DNA of 64,000 nt from an uncultured Nitrososphaerota archaeon. GTDB taxonomy: Archaea; Thermoproteota; Nitrososphaeria; Conexivisphaerales; DTJL01. The DNA lies in NCBI GenBank assembly GCA_963842885.1, contig CAWJIE010000003.1, positions 160,001 through 224,000 on the forward strand. The letters run 5' to 3'. Shown piece by piece: positions 9,780-20,004 of this stretch. Positions within the stretch are counted from its first letter, which is position 1. Each line of letters starts with the position of its first letter. The notes below the pieces were generated by a model that made no database searches, was not told where the DNA came from, and worked only from the letters and a program-made list of their open reading frames with translations. A program made the position numbers and the translations under genes.

Positions 9780-11198
9780 ATGGGAACAATCGTGATGCCG
9801 TCGTCATCGCATAAGACTCCTCAGGACATCGAAGCATACCGACTGGTGCAGGAAGGGTTGGCGCTGGCCAAATCGAATAGACACGACGCGGCTGCTGATT
9901 TGTTCAGAAAGGCTGCGAATGTGGCCACCAGCGCCGAGGCAAAGAGATTTGCGGGACATAATGCGGCGGTTGCGCTGACAATATTAGCGGTGCACAAGGC
10001 CTCGCAATACGGATCTGGGTGCCCTCCAAAGAGCGTTGAGGCCGAAGTTGAGGCCCTGTTCGAAGAGGCTCTGCATCACGCCCCAGACTGCATACCTGCG
10101 CTCGACCAGTACGGCTATCTGAAGATGCTTCAAGGTAGAATGAAAGAAGCTACGGAATTGTACAGCAGAGCTGCAGACCTGCAACCCAAGGACTATGAGG
10201 CACAGAAGAATTGTGCATTCTCATACGCGACTTGCCACCTATATGAAAAGGCGCTTGACTACGCTAACCGCGCATTCTCGATCAACAACAGAGACGCGGA
10301 GCTTGTCGTCCTCATATCCCAACTTCTCTACCAAACGAGAGAGTACCTCCGGAGCATAGATTACGCGAAACTCGCCACACAAATAGACCCCAGCCAACCG
10401 ATGGCCCAGGAGTCTGCTGGGTTGAGCTATGGAATGCTGGGCGAACTGACGGAATCGGCCAAGCACTTTAAGGTAGCCCATGAGCTGAATCCAAAAGATG
10501 AAAGAATAGCCACCCTTTATTACTCTTCTTGGATGGAAACAGCTGGTGAAACGCGAAACTTCAGGGTTACCAGAGAATGGCTCGACGCAAGGGAGTGGCT
10601 CTTCCAGCACCACATGCGCAGCAATGACATCGAAGACCAGAGACTCGCAAAACAGAACTCCGAGAAGTTCGCCAGTATCTTCTCCAAGTTCGAATGCCAG
10701 CGGTGCGGGCGATGCTGTCTGGAAACAAAATGGGCATACTCGATCGACGCCCACATCATGTGGGAAGACATTCAGCGATGGAGAAGCGAAGGGAGAAACG
10801 ACATACTCAAATTGATTCACGTTTACGAGGGTCTGGGTGGAGACATCATGAACGCATCCCACGGCAGACTCTTGGCAACATGTCCCTTCTTCGGAGGCAG
10901 CGTGTCAGGTCAAGCTGGATGCGCGATCCATGAAACCAAACCATTCAACTGCGCAATTGCACCACTCTACTTTGACTCCAATGGCGTCTGCCCTTACTGC
11001 AATGAAGTCATACCAAGGGAAGCAGACGGTTGCCCGAATTGTGGGCAGTTCGTACGGATCGATCCCGGTTTTGTCACTCTTGGATGCCCTGGGCTAGTGC
11101 AGATGAAGAGGTCGGCAGCGAGAGAGCTCAGAAGAATGCACCTACAGATTCGAACTGGAACGCCTGTGGCACGGTCGCATCTCAGGAGATTCACCTAA
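9780..11198 (+). CDS. TPR-repeat protein with C-terminal YkgJ-like (Fe/Zn-S) cysteine cluster and zinc ribbon
   Basis: Several TPR-like helical repeats; FECQRCGRCC...CPFF...CAIHETKPFNC; CPYC...CPNCG. Confidence 0.85.
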   Translation: MGTIVMPSSSHKTPQDIEAYRLVQEGLALAKSNRHDAAADLFRKAANVATSAEAKRFAGHNAAVALTILAVHKASQYGSGCPPKSVEAEVEALFEEALHHAPDCIPALDQYGYLKMLQGRMKEATELYSRAADLQPKDYEAQKNCAFSYATCHLYEKALDYANRAFSINNRDAELVVLISQLLYQTREYLRSIDYAKLATQIDPSQPMAQESAGLSYGMLGELTESAKHFKVAHELNPKDERIATLYYSSWMETAGETRNFRVTREWLDAREWLFQHHMRSNDIEDQRLAKQNSEKFASIFSKFECQRCGRCCLETKWAYSIDAHIMWEDIQRWRSEGRNDILKLIHVYEGLGGDIMNASHGRLLATCPFFGGSVSGQAGCAIHETKPFNCAIAPLYFDSNGVCPYCNEVIPREADGCPNCGQFVRIDPGFVTLGCPGLVQMKRSAARELRRMHLQIRTGTPVARSHLRRFT

Positions 11199-11377
11199 GC
11201 CCCGCAGGCCACGGGCGCTAACTGCGCGCTTCCAGGGCCTGTTTCTCTTTTGGTCTTTGGGTGGTATGGTAATAATGATATGGGCACAGTAGAGTTGTCG
11301 GTTGATGGCGAACAAGCTTCCCGTTACATCAACCGAAGAGTTCACAGAGCCAGGTATATAATGGCTTAAATACAGGC

Positions 11378-11385
11378 TTTATAAA
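11378..11385 (+). promoter_or_regulatory. TATA-like box of tbp-2
   Basis: TTTATAAA upstream of ATG 11403. Confidence 0.5.
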
Positions 11386-11402
11386 AGCAATTGTCGAATC
11401 AT

Positions 11403-11960
11403 ATGCCGAAGACCACTCCCCTCATATCGATTGAGAACGTCGTGGCCTCAGCCAGCGTGAACCAAAGAATAGACCTCAACGAAATCACGCGGCTATTCCC
11501 GGACGTCGAATACCATCCCGAACAGTTCCCGGGGCTAGTCTTCCGCCTCAAGGCACCGAAGACCGCCACGCTGATCTTCAACTCCGGCAAGATGGTGTGC
11601 ACAGGAGCAAAGAGCGAAGAGCAATCCCGCAAGGCCGTGGCGATGGTTGTCCAGAAGCTCCGGAAGTCGGGAATCAAGGTGGAGAACGAGGCGGAAGTGG
11701 AGGTCCAGAACATCGTCGCTTCGGCGAGCTTGGGAGGGAGGGTCAAGCTGGAGGAGGCGGCGCTCACCCTTCCGCGCAGCATGTACGAGCCCGAGCAGTT
11801 CCCCGGCCTGATACACAGGATGTCGGAGCCGAAGACCGTCATCCTCCTCTTCGCCAGCGGGAAGCTGGTGTGCACCGGAGCCAAGAAGGAAGAAGATGTC
11901 TACAAGGCCGTGACCAACCTGCACACTCTCCTCGAAAGCCTGGACCTGATGATCTACTAG
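11403..11960 (+). CDS. tbp: TATA-box binding protein (TBP-2), 185 aa
   Basis: Canonical YHPEQFPGLVFRL and YEPEQFPGL repeats; about 81% identical to TBP-1 by manual alignment. Confidence 0.97.
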   Translation: MPKTTPLISIENVVASASVNQRIDLNEITRLFPDVEYHPEQFPGLVFRLKAPKTATLIFNSGKMVCTGAKSEEQSRKAVAMVVQKLRKSGIKVENEAEVEVQNIVASASLGGRVKLEEAALTLPRSMYEPEQFPGLIHRMSEPKTVILLFASGKLVCTGAKKEEDVYKAVTNLHTLLESLDLMIY

Positions 11961-12320
11961 GTCAGATGTAAAAGTCCAGGAGAGCGGAGAAGCTCCCTCT
12001 TGGAGATCATCTTGCCGTTCCTCCCTATCACCCATCCGGCCGAACGGCTCTCCACCATCATCCTGACGTAGAACCGGCCGCGACACGACGGTTGTGCCTG
12101 CCACGCCCTAAGACACAGCCTATTCTAGGCACGTTTAACTACACGGCCGAGGGCGTTCTTATGGGAATTCTGTTCGGCGTAATCGCGGTTCACCGACGTT
12201 CCCACGGATTATGAGCAACATGTCAGAGGCTATTCCAAGTTGCGAAATACCCTTTGTTGGGTCGTGCTAGACCCAATGATGAATCCTGCACCAGGTTCTA
12301 GCCCCTGGAGAGTGATGTAG

Positions 12321-13253
12321 ATGGTCTGAAGGAAGACGTCGCGGGGATGCTCAAGATGCTCCTCCCAAGTTTCGGTCTTCGATTCGACCAGGGGCGAATA
12401 CGTGTGCGGCAACTGCGGGTTCGTAATCGAAGAGCGTACGGAAGAGGCTGGCGTCGAATGGAGGGCCTTCACACCAGAAGAGAAGGAGGCAAGAAGCCAC
12501 ACGGGCGCTCCCGCCTCGCTATCGAGGCGCGACAGGGGGCTTTCCACCATCATAGGCACCGGCTCCAGGGATGCGGGAGGTGCGGCACTTTCGTCGTCCA
12601 GCAAGGCCGCGATGTCTCGCCTGCGGACGTGGGATAGGCGCAGTATGTTCAGTAGGTCGACCGACAGGAACCTGAGCATCGCTCTTGACCAGCTTTCGCG
12701 GCAGGCAGAGAAGCTCAGCGTGGGGGCCCATGTCTCCGAGCGGGCGGCCTACATCTACCGTAAGGCGCTCGCAAAGAACCTAGTGAGGGGGAGGTCCATA
12801 TCCTGGATGATGTCCGCCTCGCTGTACGCGGCGTGTCGCGACACCGGCACCTCGAGGACCCTCAAAGACGTCGCCAGCGTGGGCGCAATGGGTAAGAAGG
12901 ACCTGGCCAAGTGCTACCGCCTGCTCGTGAAGGAGCTAGACCTGATGATGCCGGTGGTCGATCCGGCGATGTACGTATCGCGAATAGCGAGCAAGGTCGG
13001 TCTGTCGGAGCGGATTCAAAGGAAGGCCTTCGAGATGCTCTACGTGCTGAAAGAGTCCGACAACTCGGCCGGAAAGGGCCCTACGGGTTTGGCGGCGACG
13101 GCCCTCTACCTAGCCAGTACCATGATCCCAGAGGAGGGGCGTCAGGTCACGCACAGGGAAATCGCCGAGGCTGCTGGCGTCACCGAAGTGACCATAAGGA
13201 ACAGGACCAAAACTCTCAAGAGAGTCATGCTTCTGCCGAAAAGGGGTGAATGA
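12321..13253 (+). CDS. tfb: Divergent TFB (TFB-2); in-frame TGA at codon 3
   Basis: ATG GTC TGA then in frame CSRC...CGNCG, EWRAF, VTEVTIRNR. Confidence 0.88.
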
Positions 13254-13385
13254 TGACGGGATGCCAGAGGCTCTGGAAGAAATGACCAAGATTGAAATCC
13301 ATTCCAAGGAAGTCATGCTCAGGAACAAGGACAGCGGTTCTAGGCTTATCTGTGATTTGGAACCTGCTGTCTATCCCTCGCGATA

Positions 13386-13814
13386 TCATTGAGCCATCCT
13401 CACTTCGAATTTATGGCCCTTTCTCTTCAGGACGATAGTCTTGCCACTTAGGCTGTCGCCCCGTTCCGCCAATTTGTCGTCGAGAATGGCAATGCTGTTT
13501 GATAGGTCAGCCCATGAAGCATAGAGAGTGTAACGCTTGCCTTGGTAGTCTACTTCGCAAATAGGGGCACGCCTGCGGTATCCGATCTTGACGATGCGTG
13601 GGTCCGTCAGGATCTTGAGCCTGTATTCCTTGCCCTCAACAAGCAGCTTGTTAACCGCTGGAGGGAACGTGGTAAGCTCTCGGCCGTAGGCTTGTTTGTT
13701 AATGGCAGGGATTCTTACCATATGCACTGGACTGCGAACTGCGAACTTATGAGCTTTTGACTTGGATACTCTGGAACTGAGATACTCGAGTACTACGCAC
13801 TGTGATACCAGCAT
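13386..13814 (-). CDS. Hypothetical protein
   Basis: 142-aa ORF in lower-GC DNA; start uncertain. Confidence 0.5.
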   Translation of the reverse strand: MLVSQCVVLEYLSSRVSKSKAHKFAVRSPVHMVRIPAINKQAYGRELTTFPPAVNKLLVEGKEYRLKILTDPRIVKIGYRRRAPICEVDYQGKRYTLYASWADLSNSIAILDDKLAERGDSLSGKTIVLKRKGHKFEVRMAQ

Positions 13815-14035
13815 CTAACAAAGGCCCCATTTCGAACGGCCCTTAAGACGGGACGGCGCCCTCGGGGACCGTGAAGGTTTACCTCGACGTCGAGACGTAC
13901 GGCTTTACGGTGGAAGACCAGCTCTAAACGGAGGCATCACTTGCTGCTCGAAAAGAAATGAATATCATCTCGCCCAAGCAACCGGCTGACGGAACACGTT
14001 TAAGACCTACGCCGTCGTGTCCGTAGGTAACAGTA

Positions 14036-14311
14036 ATGTCAACCCCTAACACCGTATTCATCGGAAAGAAACCGGTCATGAACTACGTGCTGGCGTGTCT
14101 TACCCTCTTCCAGAACGGATCCAACGACGTGCACATCAAGGCCAGAGGGAGGTCCATCAGCACGGCTGTCGACACGGCCGAGATAGTGAGGAAGCGCTTT
14201 GCCACCGAAGCCAAGCTCAAGGAGATCAAGATCGACACCGAACAGCTGAAGGACACGGAAACCGGCGCGATGAGCAACGTCAGCAGCATCGATATAACAC
14301 TGGCGATGTAG
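14036..14311 (+). CDS. albA: DNA/RNA-binding protein Alba
   Basis: [30 protein letters not shown]. Confidence 0.97.
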   Translation: MSTPNTVFIGKKPVMNYVLACLTLFQNGSNDVHIKARGRSISTAVDTAEIVRKRFATEAKLKEIKIDTEQLKDTETGAMSNVSSIDITLAM

Positions 14312-14459
14312 CCAGAGTCGAGATGAGTCATCTTCTCTCGCATAGCGGAGGCTATGCGGGGAGTACGAATGCAAGCATGAGGCGAGCTCTCCAGCCCGGC
14401 TTGGGTATGAGCTCCGGTTCGCGTCCCGCCTGCGGCGAGCCCCATCTTCGGACTTCACA

Positions 14460-14479
14460 CGTGGGCTTGGACCTGCGAA
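14460..14479 (+). repeat. Border repeat copy A (CGTRGGCTTGGACCTGCGAA)
   Basis: 16-bp core identical in copies A-D. Confidence 0.9.
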
Positions 14480-14557
14480 GAAGTGCCACATTCCGAATAG
14501 GTGATGACATTCTAACGCTTAAACAGGACGATTACACACAAGAGATGAGGGGAAAAG

Positions 14558-15574
14558 CTGACAGGGAGTCAAGATGACGCGGTTTGGAAGGACATCGAGA
14601 AGTCTGGTGTCGAGCTGGAACTGAGGGTCGCCTCGATGATACGGAAGAACGACTACTGGGGTATCCGCGTTAACCCGTCCTACATCGACCCGGACCAAGG
14701 CAAATCCCGAGCGCTGGACCTGAGCGCCCTTTGGACTCATGCTTACGAAGACGGCGTGGTCCCGTATTCCTTGACTGTCGATTTCAAGTTACTCATCGAA
14801 TGCAAGAAGCTCCCTGGCAACGCTTGGACATTCTTCGTTCCCGGCGAACCGCTTGGAGCGGCTGTGTATAACGTTGCGTCTAGCATTACATTTGGGAATA
14901 GATCCGGAATCGAGTTCGAGCCTTTGCAATCGGCTTTCCGAAGAGCCATCATACCGGAGGCAACAACCGAGCTATACCGGGAGACCGTGCTCGATAAGAA
15001 TCGTTCAAACAAGAGAGATGACAACATATACGAAGCGTCTCTGACCCTCGCCAAGGCCCACAGCTTCTTTGTGGAGGCGAGAACCAAGGAATGTGACGAG
15101 TACAGCGGCAGTTATGTTGCGGACGCGCTAGACGAAAGAGAAGTCACACTCGACGAGTTTCGCTCAGGGAAGGCCGAACTTTTCGACTACGCCTATGTGT
15201 TCGTACCTCTCATAGTGTTCGAAGGTTCCCTCTACATAGCAGACGTCGGTAGCAAAAAACTTACCAAGGCAAACCTGGTGAGACTGAGCGTCGGCAACCA
15301 ATTCAAGAATGCATGGGCGCCAATGCCGATCGACATATGCACGCCCCAATACCTCCCTACCTACATTGCGGCGGTCGAGAACGCTATCAAGATGTTCAGT
15401 GACGACATCCATTCCACAGAATACAGCCGTACCGGTGGTCCACATCTTGAAGAGTATGACCGTACTAAGTCTTGGTTCCAGAACCATTACCTGGACTTCG
15501 CGGAACTCATCCGCTATCAACTTCCAGCCGAGGAGAAAGGAAGGGCCGAGGAAGGCCTTGACAACCTCCGGTAA
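14558..15574 (+). CDS. PD-(D/E)XK-like putative endonuclease (probable CTG start)
   Basis: KSGVELELRV...YIDPDQGKSRALD...LLIECKK; frame open upstream of ATG 14636. Confidence 0.65.
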   Translation: MTGSQDDAVWKDIEKSGVELELRVASMIRKNDYWGIRVNPSYIDPDQGKSRALDLSALWTHAYEDGVVPYSLTVDFKLLIECKKLPGNAWTFFVPGEPLGAAVYNVASSITFGNRSGIEFEPLQSAFRRAIIPEATTELYRETVLDKNRSNKRDDNIYEASLTLAKAHSFFVEARTKECDEYSGSYVADALDEREVTLDEFRSGKAELFDYAYVFVPLIVFEGSLYIADVGSKKLTKANLVRLSVGNQFKNAWAPMPIDICTPQYLPTYIAAVENAIKMFSDDIHSTEYSRTGGPHLEEYDRTKSWFQNHYLDFAELIRYQLPAEEKGRAEEGLDNLR

Positions 15575-15715
15575 TGAACGGTTCAAGGATGCTACATGAT
15601 CATGCGGTCGTTGCTGGAAAGGGTCACATGTCCTCAAACCGTTCTGGATGGCCGATGCCTTGGAGGTTTTACCGTACGACAGGCTTAAGGGCTTCGTCGC
15701 CAGACTCAACAATGG

Positions 15716-15991
15716 ATGAAGACTTCCGTGAAGCGGGCTATCGTAGCGGTTGCGGTTGTCTGCGTCCTTGCCGCTCTGTTCTTGCCTCTGATACCTGACG
15801 CTGTCATAGAGCCCTGCACTTCCTTATGCGTACCCTCCACTGAAAGGGCCTATGTTTCACTGACATACTTCTTGTTTGGCAAGGGTGGCGTTGTGGTCGG
15901 CACTTCATACGTAGTCTGGTACCCCTACCCTTGGTACATTCACTGGGGCCCGACCTTGCCAGGAACATGCATCCCCACCCTATCTTCTTAG
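15716..15991 (+). CDS. Small membrane/secreted protein
   Basis: Basic plus hydrophobic N-terminus; CxxxC; SLTY motif similar to SLSY in the next gene. Confidence 0.6.
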   Translation: MKTSVKRAIVAVAVVCVLAALFLPLIPDAVIEPCTSLCVPSTERAYVSLTYFLFGKGGVVVGTSYVVWYPYPWYIHWGPTLPGTCIPTLSS

Positions 15992-16043
15992 ACATCTGTC
16001 GCTGCTGGAAAAGAAATCAATAACATTAGCCGCAGAACTTGGA

Positions 16044-16063
16044 CGTAGGCTTGGACCTGCGAA
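16044..16063 (+). repeat. Border repeat copy B
   Basis: CGTAGGCTTGGACCTGCGAA preceded by CTTGGA. Confidence 0.9.
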
Positions 16064-16147
16064 GAATGGGCTACTGCCGCATGACGGCTGGGAGATTTGC
16101 TGCTGGACAGAAGCGAGCTGTTATATCGGGCTCACGCCTAAGCCGAG

Positions 16148-16861
16148 TTGGGTAATGAGATGTCGAGCTCAGAGACATCTACGATCGACACGGGAAAGGT
16201 GAGGAAGAGAAGGTCAAGGGTGCCGCTGGTAGGCGCAGCCGCTGTGCTGATTGTACTGGTAGTCTTTGTATTCGCTCCCGTCGTCGCATATTCGCGCACG
16301 GTCGAAGTGCTTGACCGGTCCACCTTCGCCGGGGTCGGCATACAGGGCTCCTCCCCCAACTTCACGAGCGCGCAGGAGACTGCTTACGGGTCACTATCCT
16401 ATAGCCTCCTCGGCTTCGGGGCGGCGCCATCGTTCAGGACATCCTATTCCTTCGGCTACTTCGACCAGGGAACCGGCATGAACGCGACCCTGACTGTCAT
16501 CTACCGAGACCTCCCCACCCCCGACCTTGCCAGCAGCTCCGGGTCTCCCATATTCCAGGTCGAGAGCATCCAGCTGACTGAGAACGATTCTGCCTTTGGA
16601 GGCGTGACGCTGACGATGACCATCAAGAACCTCTCCTCGGAACCTCTTAGCCTATACGCCCAGGTGGACGTTACGAGCTCCCCACTGTTCACTGGCGCGA
16701 CGCTCTCCCCTTCCGCGACGGCGACGTACAGCTTCACCGTCTGGCCGCCATCCCAGCCCCAAGTCGGACAGCATTGCCAAGTCGTCATCCTAGCTTTCTC
16801 TGGGCTGTACACGAGGTACTGGGCTCAAGTGACGGTGGCGGCACAGGAGACCCCGCCCTAG
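16148..16861 (+). CDS. Membrane-anchored extracellular protein
   Basis: Basic patch plus TM helix, then S/T-rich beta domain. Confidence 0.75.
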   Translation: MGNEMSSSETSTIDTGKVRKRRSRVPLVGAAAVLIVLVVFVFAPVVAYSRTVEVLDRSTFAGVGIQGSSPNFTSAQETAYGSLSYSLLGFGAAPSFRTSYSFGYFDQGTGMNATLTVIYRDLPTPDLASSSGSPIFQVESIQLTENDSAFGGVTLTMTIKNLSSEPLSLYAQVDVTSSPLFTGATLSPSATATYSFTVWPPSQPQVGQHCQVVILAFSGLYTRYWAQVTVAAQETPP

Positions 16862-16931
16862 ACATATCGAATCTTGTGGCGTCCGGCCCTTTGGGCATCC
16901 ATCCTCTCCCCTATTCAGGGCTACGCATGGG

Positions 16932-19429
16932 CTATCCTGCCGCTGACTTGCGCTGGCGCTGCCTCAGCATGAAGTATCCTCCTATTGCCAGCGCGGCTGC
17001 AGCCGCAACGATGGAGGCCACGGCTCCGAAGTCCGTCGCGTAGCGGGCGGTCTCTATATAGGGCTTGATTACGGCCAGGTTCAGGACTGGCGACGTGCTG
17101 TTCACCGTCCCCGTCCAACCTGCGAACCTCTCGGTCCCAAGGAACCCAGCCAGCTCAGGGGCGCTGTAGGAGAAGGTGCCAGAGGGCTGCGAGGCTTTGT
17201 CCGGCCACCCAGCCATGGAAGCCACCGAAGGGCGTCGTCAGGTTGAGGTAGAACTCGGGGGTGTAGGTGTATGAAAGGTAGTACGGCCTGTCGACTACGA
17301 GCTGGCCTTCCTCAATCTTCGGCATGGCGTCGCTGGGCACGATGGGCCCTGCGAGCGTCCCGTTCACGAACACGGCTCGAAAAGCCTCCCGGTTTCGCCG
17401 ACGATGCGTTGAGCCCTCCGCCCACGGTGCCGTAGAGGAAGCTGTAGGTGCCCATTGCTTCTCCAATCCCGTTGATGGCAACGATAGTCGTCGATCCCTT
17501 TGTGTAGTTGAACATGAACGACACGTCGACGTTGGAGAGCGTCAGCCTGGAGTCATTCATTCCGGGCTGGCTCCAGGACCCGACGGCCAGGGGCACCGTG
17601 GCCCCCTCGTCGAACCAGGCCCCTTCGACCTTGGAGTTGGTAGGAAAGAAGAAGAACTCGCCCGTGACCTGGGGGGGTTGCTCCAGCTGCACCGGAATAG
17701 GGGAGAAGAGCGAGCTCCCGCTGACGTAAACGAAATACTGGGTTCTGAACTCCGGGGTGACGGAATGGCTTTCGCCGATGGCCGGGAACGTAATCGTGTT
17801 GTTCGTGGAGCCGCCAGCCCAACCGAGGAAGATGGTCCTCACCAAGCCGGTCGTGTAATTCGCAGGAAGGGATATGATTGCATCCGAGCCCGAATCGAAC
17901 CAGAGGTCTCCCGTCTGCGAGCTGGAGTTGAAGGGGCCATCGTAGCCCTCGAAGATGACGCTGTACTGCTTAACTCCGTCGAGGGTCAGCGTCACCGGCC
18001 CCTCCAAGTCAATGGAGAAGACCCACCCCTCTCGGCCGGTTGGCGTGAAGGTCCCGTTGGCGGAGAAGCCAGTCAGGGACATCCGGCTGTATGAGTCATT
18101 GCTCCAGACGGCTGGAAGGGTAATGTTCTCCGGACCGCTGGTGTACCATGCGTCCTGAACAAGGCCGGCGGGGTCCGACCTGAAGCTGACGAGGCTCTGG
18201 TTCGCCCACGTCGCGACTTCGGTGATGTTGTGCGTCAAGGAGATCATGAAAGACTGGTTTGAGCCAACATACCCGTCCGGCGAGTCACTCCGCCATGCGA
18301 TGAGCGCAACCCTCGTCCCGGTTCCGGTTGGGATGGCCGTTGGGATTACGCCAACGGTCGCTAGGTCTCCATAATCGTAGAGGCCGGCCCCAACGACAGT
18401 CCCCAGTTCGCTGGAGATTGTGAGGGATATCTTCGTCACTGTCACCTCCAACACGTTGCTGGTCAGGACCTCAGTGGCGTCCTGCGCCTCAACCTCCATC
18501 TGGTGAACGGAAGCCGTTCCGAGCGTCAGGTTGAACTCTGGGCTCGCAGTGGTAGACGAAAGCACTCCGTCGACGTACCAACCGTAAGTGACCTCTCCAA
18601 CGGTTCCGACGGCGTCGGCCGAAAGCGAAATCGGCTCTTTCGTGTAGGATTGGGACTTGTCGCTGGAAAGGGTCATAGTCGGCGAGATGTTCCTGATTAT
18701 CACCGACGAGTCATTTACCGAAACGCTGGGCTCGGATGGCACGCTCGCCGACCGGTAGGCCGTCCAGCTGGATTCGACGGTCCCATTGGAGACGAAATAG
18801 CTCTCTTTGCAGAACAGGTTGAAGGTGGGAACGCCACCGGTGGCGTTGTAGACCTCCTCGAAGACGGTGTAGTCCTCGTGAGTCTCGCCGGTGTACATGT
18901 CGTAGAATGCGGAAGAGATCGAGAAGGAGTCCCCTCCCGTGTTGGCCGTCTTGCTGACGATGACGGAGCCGTTCTCCGTCGTCACCGTGAACGTGACTAC
19001 GCCCTTGGAGATCTCCATCCTGAACCAGTAATAGCCGGGCTGGAGCCCGTTCCAAACGAACGAGTCGTAGATGGTGCTCCCGAGCGAGACGTGAGTCGTG
19101 GAGGTCGTCGCCGCCCATGAGCCGTACTGGGCTATGACCCCCACCTGGTCGTAGCTGGAGTTGGAGTCGTAGACGGACACGAGGAAGGGATAGTAGGTAT
19201 CGGCCACGCTGGGAGCCCCTTGCGGGACGTAGAACTCGGCGTCTATTTCTTGAGCCGTGGCCTGTTGCGTAGTGACTGCACCGAGGAACCACGGAGCCTC
19301 AGGAGTGGACGACTGAACTGTAGATACCCAGGCATGTCCGACAGAGGCTGGGAAGTGGGTTAGGAAAAGGGTCGAACCTGCCATGAGCACGAAAAGCGCA
19401 ATGGCCGTTGCCAGCACCCACTTCTGCAC
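16932..19429 (-). CDS. Large cell-surface protein (signal peptide, PKD/Ig-like repeats, C-terminal TM anchor), two frameshifts
   Basis: Three overlapping ORFs join into one ~830-aa protein; many N-x-S/T sequons; C-terminal TM followed by basic tail. Confidence 0.75.
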
Positions 19430-19465
19430 AATCGAGAGAGCCGCGAATTACTATTTTAATGATGC

Positions 19466-19517
19466 CTTGGGCGTAGGCTTGGACCTGCGAATGGGCCTTA
19501 TTTCACAGGTACGTTCA
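19466..19517 (+). repeat. Border repeat copy C, extended 52-bp hairpin form
   Basis: 49/52 identical to the reverse complement of 29144-29195; arms ACCTGCGAA/TTCACAGGT. Confidence 0.9.
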
Positions 19518-19770
19518 AAATACCTTTGCGGCTCAACAGGTATCCCGTCACCAAGATTACCCCACCGAGAATCATGGCGTAGGGCCCTGGGCCTGTCTGC
19601 AATACTGGACTCCCACAAGAAACCTGCAGACCCGCGTAACCTGGCCAGCTGCACAGCTGAGCAGCCACCTTCGAGGGGATGGAGTAGATTCCGATCGTCC
19701 AGAGCGAACCTCCCACCAGACCCAGAGAGCCTGCTACCCACATGCATTTCCATTTGAAGACTGCAGCCAC
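19498..19770 (-). CDS. Small membrane protein ending inside repeat C
   Basis: Two hydrophobic segments; ends NVPVK*. Confidence 0.5.
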   Translation of the reverse strand: MAAVFKWKCMWVAGSLGLVGGSLWTIGIYSIPSKVAAQLCSWPGYAGLQVSCGSPVLQTGPGPYAMILGGVILVTGYLLSRKGILNVPVK

Positions 19771-20004
19771 TCCAGCAACGAAGCTCTGGAAGCAAAGGAC
19801 AGCCAGATAAAAGAGCAGTCGAAAAGATACGAGGGGCGCCTTTCCGCCAAGGATATCGCGCTTGCGGACACAACGAGGGGCTACATCGAAGGACTAATCG
19901 AGAGGGACACGAGAATCAAGGCCCTTCAGGGTGAAAAGGAACAACTCATCGGGCATCTCAAGGATCTGACGAAAGTCAAGGACGATCTCAAAGCCAAGCT
20001 GAAG

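Noticed and set aside
11957-12110. KH-like VIGRNGKMI fragment on the minus strand
   Set aside because: Too short, no start, cannot be supported
13871-13927. MKVYLDVETYG exonuclease-like start
   Set aside because: Only 18 codons before a stop; at most a tiny remnant
14460-19517. Repeat copies as a CRISPR array or classical integron
   Set aside because: Spacing is in kilobases; no cas or intI gene; no attC R-box consensus
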